A program made the position numbers and the translations under genes. Of a stretch of 64,000 bases of DNA, positions 1 to 8,095 are shown piece after piece; positions within the stretch are counted from its first letter, which is position 1, and every line of letters starts with the position of its first letter. Source of the stretch: an uncultured Acidobacteriota bacterium (GTDB lineage: Bacteria > Acidobacteriota > Vicinamibacteria > Vicinamibacterales > UBA2999). The DNA lies in contig CAWEAM010000006.1 of the NCBI GenBank assembly GCA_963807105.1, positions 90,292 through 154,291 on the forward strand. Reading direction: 5' to 3'. The notes beneath the pieces are model-generated. The model searched no databases. It worked only from the letters and a program-made list of their open reading frames with translations, and was not told where the DNA came from.

Positions 1-2951
1 GGTTGTTTGTCGAGCAGCATCAAGAACCGGCGATCCGGTCCGACGTCATAGCTCCGAATCGGAGACATCCGTGAGTAACGGTCCTCGAAGAGCGCCGTCG
101 GCTTTCCGGCCGAGAACGCCGCGCCCGGCGTCACGTCGACGACCATCATCCGGAACGGGCCGCCAGGCTGCCGCGGAGGTTCGCGATAGAAGAGTTGCTT
201 GCCATCGCGCGCCCACACTGGCTCCCTTCCACCGCTCGTCGAAATCGGATGCTTTGGTCCGGGACCTTGGTATGGCCGGACGTACACTTCGTAGCGACCC
301 GATTCGTTGGAGGCGTACGCGAGCCACCGGCCGTTCGGCGAAAGCTCAGGGAACAACTCGTCGAACCGTTCCTGGACGATGGCGCGCGGCGACGCACGCG
401 CGCCGTTGAGTGACGTCACCCAGATGTCTCCGAGCGTCGTGGGATGACCCTGGGAATACACGAGCTCCTTCCCGTCCGGCGACCACGACGCGGGTCGCTG
501 ATGATACGGGCTCGTTGTCAGACGCTCGGGTCTCATGCTTCCGTCCACAGGCTGCCAAAACAGATTCGAGGCTCCCTGGCTCTCCGTGTAAAAGGCCACT
601 CGCTGCCCGTCAGGCGACCAGACCGGCCAGGCGTGTCCTCCGTCCGACGTCAACCTGATCGACGTTCCCCGTTTCAGGTCGTAGATCCAGATGTCGGCGT
701 CAGCGATGGTGATGGACTGGGCAACCGCCAGCCGGCCTCCATCCGGCGAAAGGCGAGGACCGGAATAATTCCGCGCGGGTAAATCGAACGGGTCGGCGCT
801 GCCTTTGTTGTCAACCCAGACAAGAGTCCTCTCGACCGGTGGATACAACGTGCCGGCCACGAATGCCAGCGCCCCGGTCTCCGAAACGTCGAGTTGCGCC
901 GCGCCAGTGTCGCTCAGGACGTTGCTCGCTTCGATTGCGTGCATCACACCGTCGAGCATGCCCACGGGCCCACCCGTGACCTGCAGCTGTTGAAGATCGA
1001 ACGGAGCTGCCACCAAGGCACCGCGTTGGAGATACACCAGGTGACCTGTGCGCAGATAACGGGCGTCCACTCCTCCCTGCACGACGCTCCTGCGCTCGCC
1101 GGTGTCGCGCATGAGAACCTCGATCCGGGCATCGTCCCAACGGAACGCGCGCGTCTGGACCGTGAACAGCACCGCTTTCGCATCGGGAAGGACATACGGC
1201 TGACGATGGGAAAACTCATCGCTGCCGACGGTCGTCAACGCCGTGGGAACCCCACCATCGGCGGAAACTTGCCAGAGGCCCTCCGATCCTCCAAAAACGA
1301 TGACATCGTCGGAACCCCAGCTCGCGCCGAACACTGGTTCCGCCTGGCACACCACGACTGCGGTTCCACCCTGTAGAGAGATCTTCTTCAGTTTGCCGTC
1401 GGCCCAGAAGCCTATCCAGCGTCCATCCGGCGAGAAGAAGGGACTGCCGCCGCCGTCAGTGCCGGCAATGCCGCTTGCCTCCGGCCGATCGAGCGCGCGG
1501 AGATACAGTTGCTGCGTCTCGTTGCGGACGGCGCTGAACACGAGCGCTCGGCCGTCAGGTGACAACGCGATCGCTCGACGACTTGGCCGCCTCATTGCTG
1601 GATGTCTGTCTTGCAAGATTGAGCTGAGATGGTCCGCCGGCCGGATTGTCACGAACGCATGCGTCGTTGGGATCAAAGCGCCTGCGGCTGACGGACGCAC
1701 AGAGTCGGGGACTGGTTTGAGCGTCCAACCGGCATAGCCCGCTGCGGCAGCGATCGAAGCGGCTGCGGCGGCGCTCAACAGCACACGTCGAGCGGTCATC
1801 GCCGCTGTGGCCGGAGTGGCAGGCGAATCGTGTGCGATCCCTCGCAGCTCGTGCATCAGATCGCGCGCGCTCTGCCATCGATCCTCAGGGTCTTTCGCGA
1901 GGCAGGTCCTGGCCGCGCGATCGAGAGCGGGTGGTATCAGCGGCTCGGTCGCGGAGATCGCGGGCGGGTCCGCGTGCATGATCGCGGCGATGATGCTGGC
2001 CTGGCTCTTGCCGTCGAAGGCCTTCTTGCCAGTGAGCATTTCGTAGAGGATGGTCCCAAACGCAAAGATGTCTGTCCGCGCGTCGGCGTTTTTTCCTTCG
2101 AGGCGCTCAGGCGCCATGTATTGCAACGTGCCAACAATGCTTCCCTGCGCCGTGAGCGCTGGCGATTGCGTCGATGCGAGCGAAAATCCAGTACCGATTG
2201 GCGCCTCGGGCTTGGCCAGTCCGAAGTCGAGCAGCTTCACAAGGCGGTGACCGCGCGAGCGTCTGAGATCAAAGTGGCTGGTTTCGGGCGAGGAGGCCGG
2301 AGCGTGCCGGGCGGCGAGAAAGATGTTGCTCGGCTTGAGGTCGCGATGAACGATACCGTGGCGATGCGCCGCGGAAAGCGCATCCGCGATCTCGATCGCG
2401 TACGTCAGAGCTTGATCGGGCGGCAGCCTTCCTCGGTCGAGGCGCGACGCGAGCGTCTCGCCCTCCAGGTACTCCATCACCAGGAAGTCGATGCCGCTCT
2501 GGTGGCCGATGTCGTGCAGCGTGCAGATGTGCGGGTGCGACAGCGCGGCAATGGCTTGCGCCTCGCGGTCGAAGCGCGCGCGGAACTGCGGATTGGTGGC
2601 GAGCGCCTTCGGGAGGACCTTTAGCGCCACCGAGCGATGGAGTCTCGTGTCGGTCGCCCGGTAGACCTCGCCCATGCCACCGGCGCCAAGGAGCGACTCG
2701 ATGCGGTACGGACCGAGGTGCGCGCCGGGCTGCAAAACCGGCGGCTTGTCGAGCACGGCGGCCGCCGCCTCGAGCAGCGGCCGATCGATTAACATCTCCG
2801 CGTTCTCGAAGGCGAGCAACGATTCGACCTCGCGACGCAGCTCGTCGTCGCCGGCCGCGGCTTCGGCCAGGAACGCGCCACGCTCGGCGGCTTCGCGCTC
2901 GAGCGCGGATTCATAGAGATGAGCGACTCGCTGCCAGCGTTTGACGTTCAT
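1..2951 (-). CDS. Ser/Thr protein kinase (Hanks type) with TM segment and C-terminal PD40/TolB-like beta-propeller; runs off the window edge
   Basis: Missing from the ORF track because there is no stop in the window. Manual translation from ATG 2951 gives MNVKRWQRVAHLYESALER...LGAGGMGEVYRA...VALKVL...HRDLKPSN...DFGLAK...GTLQYMAPE, then repeated SPDG/WSPDG motifs. Confidence 0.95.
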   Translation of the reverse strand, partial: MNVKRWQRVAHLYESALEREAAERGAFLAEAAAGDDELRREVESLLAFENAEMLIDRPLLEAAAAVLDKPPVLQPGAHLGPYRIESLLGAGGMGEVYRATDTRLHRSVALKVLPKALATNPQFRARFDREAQAIAALSHPHICTLHDIGHQSGIDFLVMEYLEGETLASRLDRGRLPPDQALTYAIEIADALSAAHRHGIVHRDLKPSNIFLAARHAPASSPETSHFDLRRSRGHRLVKLLDFGLAKPEAPIGTGFSLASTQSPALTAQGSIVGTLQYMAPERLEGKNADARTDIFAFGTILYEMLTGKKAFDGKSQASIIAAIMHADPPAISATEPLIPPALDRAARTCLAKDPEDRWQSARDLMHELRGIAHDSPATPATAAMTARRVLLSAAAAASIAAAAGYAGWTLKPVPDSVRPSAAGALIPTTHAFVTIRPADHLSSILQDRHPAMRRPSRRAIALSPDGRALVFSAVRNETQQLYLRALDRPEASGIAGTDGGGSPFFSPDGRWIGFWADGKLKKISLQGGTAVVVCQAEPVFGASWGSDDVIVFGGSEGLWQVSADGGVPTALTTVGSDEFSHRQPYVLPDAKAVLFTVQTRAFRWDDARIEVLMRDTGERRSVVQGGVDARYLRTGHLVYLQRGALVAAPFDLQQLQVTGGPVGMLDGVMHAIEASNVLSDTGAAQLDVSETGALAFVAGTLYPPVERTLVWVDNKGSADPFDLPARNYSGPRLSPDGGRLAVAQSITIADADIWIYDLKRGTSIRLTSDGGHAWPVWSPDGQRVAFYTESQGASNLFWQPVDGSMRPERLTTSPYHQRPASWSPDGKELVYSQGHPTTLGDIWVTSLNGARASPRAIVQERFDELFPELSPNGRWLAYASNESGRYEVYVRPYQGPGPKHPISTSGGREPVWARDGKQLFYREPPRQPGGPFRMMVVDVTPGAAFSAGKPTALFEDRYSRMSPIRSYDVGPDRRFLMLLDKQ

Positions 2952-3200
2952 GGCAGGCCTTTCGAGTGACCGTAAGTCTACGCGTGCGCGGCGGCGATCG
3001 ACGCGCGAACTGACGGTGCGCGATGGCGCTTTCACCCACGGGCATCAGCGCGGCAAGGTCCAGCTGGTGCATCAGGCTGAGCTGCGTTCCTGTCAACATC
3101 AACAGCCCGAAGACTTGCCGAGCGACGATTCGCCTGTTTGGCTGAGTAAGCGAAAAACGATACTCGCAACTACAATCGCGCCGGGAACGCGGAGGCCAAC

Positions 3201-3785
3201 GTGGCACCGGCGAAGTCGGCCGAGATTACAACTCTTCTCAAAGCGTGGAGCGCCGGCGACCAGTCGGCGTTGGAGCGCCTCACGACGCTGATCCACGACG
3301 AGCTTCACCATCTGGCGCATCGGTATATGCGCCACGAACGAGCCGGCCACGGCCTCCAGACCACCGCCCTGGTCAACGAAGCGTTCGTTCGGCTGGTCAG
3401 CGTGAAAGACGTGGACTGGCGCGACCGCGTGCACTTCTTTGCCGTGTCGGCCCGCATCATGCGGCGAATCCTGATCGATGCGGCGCGCGCCCGCGCATCG
3501 GCCAAGCGCGGTGGACATGTGCAGCACGTCGCTCACGCCGAGCCGATCGACTTCGATCAGCTGCCGGCGGCAAACGCGGACCGCGCCGCAGAGCTGTGTG
3601 CGCTGGACGACGCCCTCAACACTCTGTCGAAGATGGACGCGCGGCGAGCACATGTCATCGAGCTGCGGTTCTTCGGGGGACTGACCGTCGAGGAGACGGC
3701 GCACGTCCTGGGCCTCTCGCCGCAGAGCGTGATGCGCGACTGGAAGCTCGCGCGAGCGTGGCTGGCGCGCGAGCTGCGCCGGTGA
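3201..3785 (+). CDS. ECF RNA polymerase sigma factor (TIGR02999-like, kinase-associated)
   Basis: EITTLLKAWSAGD, LQTTALVNEAFVRL, VIELRFFGGLTVEETA, RDWKLARAWL. GGAGG RBS before the GTG. Divergent from the kinase gene. Confidence 0.95.
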   Translation: MAPAKSAEITTLLKAWSAGDQSALERLTTLIHDELHHLAHRYMRHERAGHGLQTTALVNEAFVRLVSVKDVDWRDRVHFFAVSARIMRRILIDAARARASAKRGGHVQHVAHAEPIDFDQLPAANADRAAELCALDDALNTLSKMDARRAHVIELRFFGGLTVEETAHVLGLSPQSVMRDWKLARAWLARELRR

Positions 3786-3902
3786 GGTGTCGCGTCGGGA
3801 TGGCGCTCGGACCGATCGTTGCGCCGCACGACTAACCGAAGGCAGCTCGGCCAGCGAGCTGTGTCGAGGCGCCCATCGTCTAGACTCTTCTTAGCCCCCA
3901 GC

Positions 3903-4913
3903 ATGGATGATGCCCTTCTGCGCCCTGCAACTCCCGACTCTGCGTCGCTTCCGGCGCTGACCGCGGTCATGGTGATGCCCAAGGCCTTCTCGGTCTTGAC
4001 CGCCAGCCTGTTCTCGCTCAGTCGGCAATCCATCAAGGATCGAATCGAGCTCGTCGTCGTTTACACGCCGCCCTTTGCATCCAGTATCGACCGATCGGCG
4101 TGCGACGGCTTTCACAGCGCCAAGTTCGTCACGATCGATCGCGTGCCCGCTGTGGCCGCAGGCTTTGCCGCGGGAGCCGCCGTGGCGTCGGCGCCGGTCG
4201 TGGCGCTCGTCGAGGATCACGTGTTTCTGCACCCGCAGTGGGCCGAGCGGGTGACCGAAGCGCACCGCCAGAGCTGCGCCGCCGTCGTCCCGAAGATGAC
4301 GAATGGCAACCCGGCAACAGTGTGCAGCTGGGCGAACTTCCTCGTCTGCTTCTACGAGCCGTATTCGATGCGCACGACCGGACCGGTCGAGAGCGGGCCC
4401 GGCCACAACACGTCGTACAAGCGGGCGGTGCTGCACTCGTACGGCGACGAGCTCGAAACGCTGTATCAGAGCGAGCGGAACTTTCACTATCGGCTCATGC
4501 GGGACGGCCACCGGTTCATCGGCGAGCCGCGTGCGCAACTGGCTCACGTCAATATCTCGATTCCTCGCAAGATCATCGGGCATGCCTTCCTTGGCGGCGT
4601 CCTGTTCGGGCAGTACCGCCTGGCGCACATGAACCTGGTCGAGCGGCTCGTCAGGACCGTTCTCGCCCCGCTCGTGCCGCCGTTGAGATTCTGGCGGATG
4701 ATCCGCACGCTCGGCTTCCGGGAGTTCCGGGATTCCGAAGCTCCGGGTGCGGCGCTCCTGCTCGCGCCGGTTCTGCTCGTGATCCACGCGGCCGGCGAAG
4801 CGGTTGGTTATTGGCGGTTCGTGCGCGATATCGCCGAGCGCTACGAGCACTACGAATTGCACAGGATGGAGTGCGTGCTACAGAGCGAAAGGTCGCTGTT
4901 GACTAACGGTTAG
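3903..4913 (+). CDS. Glycosyltransferase family 2 protein with hydrophobic C-terminus
   Basis: GT-A-like pattern IELVVV...APVVALVEDH...GHNTSYKR. Adjacent to a flippase. Start uncertain (3819-3969). Confidence 0.8.
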   Translation: MDDALLRPATPDSASLPALTAVMVMPKAFSVLTASLFSLSRQSIKDRIELVVVYTPPFASSIDRSACDGFHSAKFVTIDRVPAVAAGFAAGAAVASAPVVALVEDHVFLHPQWAERVTEAHRQSCAAVVPKMTNGNPATVCSWANFLVCFYEPYSMRTTGPVESGPGHNTSYKRAVLHSYGDELETLYQSERNFHYRLMRDGHRFIGEPRAQLAHVNISIPRKIIGHAFLGGVLFGQYRLAHMNLVERLVRTVLAPLVPPLRFWRMIRTLGFREFRDSEAPGAALLLAPVLLVIHAAGEAVGYWRFVRDIAERYEHYELHRMECVLQSERSLLTNG

Positions 4914-4933
4914 TGACCACAGGAGGCAACGGC

Positions 4934-6445
4934 TCAGTCGGACCGCTGCACCGGCTCGATCGCCCCGCCGCCACGGACCGCGAGACGCGCTCGATCGGCC
5001 ACCAGCTTGGGATCTCCCAGCTCGCCCGAGACAATCAGCACGAGCAGGACGCCGAGAGAAAGTGCGCCGAGCTTGATCAGGACCAGCAGGCCAGAAGCCG
5101 GCCAGGCAGCCGCGGCGGCGGCCCCAAGAATCGCGACTATTGCGCTCTTCAGCATCGACCGCGCCGGCGGCGCGATGCCCCAAATCCGGTACATCGACAC
5201 GAATGCGATGACGGCCCCTACCGCCGCGCAGGCCATCGTCACTTCCGCCGCACCCACAGGCCCGCGCCGTGGAATCGCCCAGGCGTGCGCCACGATCGCG
5301 ATCACGGGCAGTGGCGCCGCGACCCTCAGCGTCCATCCCGGCTTCCCCGCGCCGACGAGGATTGCGCACCCGATCGAGACGACGATGTTCAGCAGGCCCG
5401 CGAAGATCAGCCATTGGAACGGTCTCGTTCCGGAGAGATACTGCGCGCCGAAGATCAGCGCAACGACCTCGCCCGCCGACGCCGCGAGGATGGCGGCCAG
5501 CGGCAGCAGCAGGATCACCACGCGCATGGCGTCGCGCGCGATCTCTCGAGCGTGCGAAAGATCGCCACTGCTGACAGCCCTCGTGATCGTGGAGAGGAGC
5601 AGCGGCGCGAACGACATCGCGAACAGCCCGGCCGCGAGCGTGAGGCTCTGTGCCGCGCCGTAAACGCCAACCTCGCTTGCCGGACGACCCAGCAGCTTCA
5701 GCATCAGCACGTCTAGCCGATCGAATAATCGCAGGCTCAGCGCGGTCGCGAGTAGCGGCAGCGCATACTCGAACAGCTTGCGCAGCGGCACGGGCGAGCG
5801 CCGAAAGATCGGCGGACGGACAAAGCGACGGGCGATCGCGATTTCGGCCAGGGACGTGCCGACAATCGCCAGGACGACGCCGCGCATCGACCATCCCGCT
5901 TCGACGGCGGCGACGATCAAGGCGAGCCGTACGGTCCAGCGGGCCGAGGAAATCCACGCGCGCGCCCGGAAACGACCGAGCGCCACCAGGACCTGCTGAT
6001 GCGCGTATGAAAGCGCAAACAGTGGAAGATCGATCGAGAACAGCCGCAGAAGCGGCGTGAGCGCCGGCTCGTTGAGTGCGGCGGCGACGAGCGGCGCCGC
6101 CAGAAACAAGGCGAGCGCAACGGCAAAGCCGGCGAGCAGTTGGGTCCGGATGACCAGGCTCGCCACCGGTTTCCAGTCCGATGCCGCCCCGAGCAGCCGG
6201 ATCGCCGCCCGCCCAAACGGCGCCGCGAGGCCCCACTCGAGCCAGGTGACCAGTGCGACCGCGAGCGTATAGCGCCCATAATCGGAGGGGCCAAGCCGTC
6301 GCGTCAGGTAGGCGACGGTCAGCAGTCCGGTCGGCACGATCAACGCCTCGGCCAGAAAGACGCGCACCGTGCCATCGATCAACCGCGTGCGAAGCGTCGA
6401 TGGAGACGGTGCGCCGGAGTGCGGCGAGGATTCAGCAGTGGACAC
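4934..6445 (-). CDS. Oligosaccharide flippase (Wzx/MATE-like polysaccharide biosynthesis protein)
   Basis: About 12-14 TM segments; LTRRLGPSDYGRY and RLDVLMLKLL...EVGVYGAA motifs. Confidence 0.9.
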   Translation of the reverse strand: MSTAESSPHSGAPSPSTLRTRLIDGTVRVFLAEALIVPTGLLTVAYLTRRLGPSDYGRYTLAVALVTWLEWGLAAPFGRAAIRLLGAASDWKPVASLVIRTQLLAGFAVALALFLAAPLVAAALNEPALTPLLRLFSIDLPLFALSYAHQQVLVALGRFRARAWISSARWTVRLALIVAAVEAGWSMRGVVLAIVGTSLAEIAIARRFVRPPIFRRSPVPLRKLFEYALPLLATALSLRLFDRLDVLMLKLLGRPASEVGVYGAAQSLTLAAGLFAMSFAPLLLSTITRAVSSGDLSHAREIARDAMRVVILLLPLAAILAASAGEVVALIFGAQYLSGTRPFQWLIFAGLLNIVVSIGCAILVGAGKPGWTLRVAAPLPVIAIVAHAWAIPRRGPVGAAEVTMACAAVGAVIAFVSMYRIWGIAPPARSMLKSAIVAILGAAAAAAWPASGLLVLIKLGALSLGVLLVLIVSGELGDPKLVADRARLAVRGGGAIEPVQRSD

Positions 6446-6527
6446 GGATCGGCGGCCAGTCGCGTAGGAGGCTACGCTATCACGCGCAGCGCAGGTGACA
6501 ACCGCGCGGCCACGACGATTGCTGCGC

Positions 6528-7187
6528 TCACCGCGGTCGCTGGCTGACCGTCGAGTTCAGAGTGTCCGGCTTTCGATAGGTCATCGTCACCGACCCGACG
6601 CGGATTTCGCTGCCGTCAGCGAGGCTCAGCGGCTGGCTTGCCCGTTGTCCATCGACATAGGTTCCGTTCTTGCTGTTCAGGTCTTCGACCGTTGCCTCAT
6701 AACCGCTGACGACGATTCGGGCATGATGCCGCGACACCGTGGGCGAGTCGATGCGGACCGTGCAGTCGCGATCGCGACCCACGAGGTTCATGCCGTCTGA
6801 GAGTCGCCAGTCGCCGGAGGATGAAAACAGCCAGGGACTCGTTTCCGACGTCGCAGCAGTTGCCGCGGCGATCCGAGGCAGCGGCTGTGCGTCGCCGTGA
6901 AAAGCGTATCCATATCGGGGAATCGTCCGGATGTACCGGGCCGCGCGCGGCGCGTCGCCGAGGGCGGTCCTAACTTCCGTCATCAGGTTGTGCAGACTCG
7001 CATCTGAGACGAAGGTCCCGGGCCACAGACGGTCCAGGAGCTCCGTCTTCGTTAACGCCTCCGGTCGCCGATCAAGCAGAAGAGCGAGCAGCTGGAACGC
7101 TCTGGGCGAAAGGGGCACGGCGCGTCCCTGGCGGAGCACCAGGCGGCGCCCCGGGTCGAACTCGCAGTCTCCAAAGACGAGGCGCAC
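6528..7187 (-). CDS. OmpR/CadC-type winged-helix DNA-binding protein with C-terminal FHA domain
   Basis: FGDCEFDPGRR...LSPRAFQLL...IRTIPRYGYAF (Trans_reg_C). FHA motifs VGRD, VSRHHARI, EDLNSKNGT. GTG start inferred at 7187. Confidence 0.92.
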   Translation of the reverse strand: MRLVFGDCEFDPGRRLVLRQGRAVPLSPRAFQLLALLLDRRPEALTKTELLDRLWPGTFVSDASLHNLMTEVRTALGDAPRAARYIRTIPRYGYAFHGDAQPLPRIAAATAATSETSPWLFSSSGDWRLSDGMNLVGRDRDCTVRIDSPTVSRHHARIVVSGYEATVEDLNSKNGTYVDGQRASQPLSLADGSEIRVGSVTMTYRKPDTLNSTVSQRPR

Positions 7188-7279
7188 GGGGTCCTTGAAA
7201 GAATTAGAGTTTCGTGAGAACTCCCGGAGGACGCACGGACCGCACGGGTCGTACATTCTGCCATAGAGGGTTCAACACC

Positions 7280-8095
7280 ATGACAGCCCGTTTCCGTACG
7301 CCGCTGGCATTCTGCGTGCTCGGGATGGTGAGCGTCGCACCGCAGCTGTCGACTTCTCAGCAGCAAACCGGCAGCAAGACCTGGGTGGGCCGATACCAGG
7401 AGATCGAGGAGTACCTGCGGACCGCGGAGTGCGACGCGATTGAGAACCTTGGCCCCGCCACGTCGGGGACCAAACGCTGCGTCCTGCGAGCAGGCGGACC
7501 GGTTTCCCGATTGGCGTGGCGGCCGGACCTTCCCGGTGTGTACAGGGGCTTTCGAGAGAGTTACAAGACGAACATCGCCGCATACGAGATCGACAAGCTG
7601 CTGAAGCTGGAAATGGTGCCGCCAACTGTCGAGCGGGAGCTGCAAGGTCTCAAAGGCTCCGCGACGCTCTGGGTGGAGAACACGGTGTCGGTCGCCGACA
7701 AGGCATTGCCGCCCGCATCCGAGCAGCTGCGCTGGGAAAGGCAACACGCGCAGAGGATGATGTTCGATGCGCTCATCGGCAACAAGGACCGGAACCTCGG
7801 GAACATCCTGCGCGACCAGGCGTGGAACATGATTCTGATCGACCACACGCGGGCGTTCGCGACCGACAGTGAGCTTCCCCACGAGCTGACGCGACACGAT
7901 CCCGATTTGTGGGCGCGCATCGAGAAATTGACCGGCGACGAGCTCACCGCCGTGCTCCGGCCGTGGCTCGATGCGAATGAGATTGCCGCAATTCTCGGCC
8001 GCCGCGACCGCATGCGGACCGACATCAAGCGGCGTGCGGGTGAGGCGCTCCCGATGGAGGACGTAGACTCAGAGCCTTCAGCCCGATCGCGATGA
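7280..8095 (+). CDS. Secreted atypical kinase-like protein (PI3/PI4-kinase or Fam20-like fold)
   Basis: N-terminal signal peptide; IAAYEIDKLLKLEMVPPTVER, FDALIGNKDRNLGNIL and LIDH motifs. Stop overlaps the start of the next kinase. Confidence 0.75.
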   Translation: MTARFRTPLAFCVLGMVSVAPQLSTSQQQTGSKTWVGRYQEIEEYLRTAECDAIENLGPATSGTKRCVLRAGGPVSRLAWRPDLPGVYRGFRESYKTNIAAYEIDKLLKLEMVPPTVERELQGLKGSATLWVENTVSVADKALPPASEQLRWERQHAQRMMFDALIGNKDRNLGNILRDQAWNMILIDHTRAFATDSELPHELTRHDPDLWARIEKLTGDELTAVLRPWLDANEIAAILGRRDRMRTDIKRRAGEALPMEDVDSEPSARSR

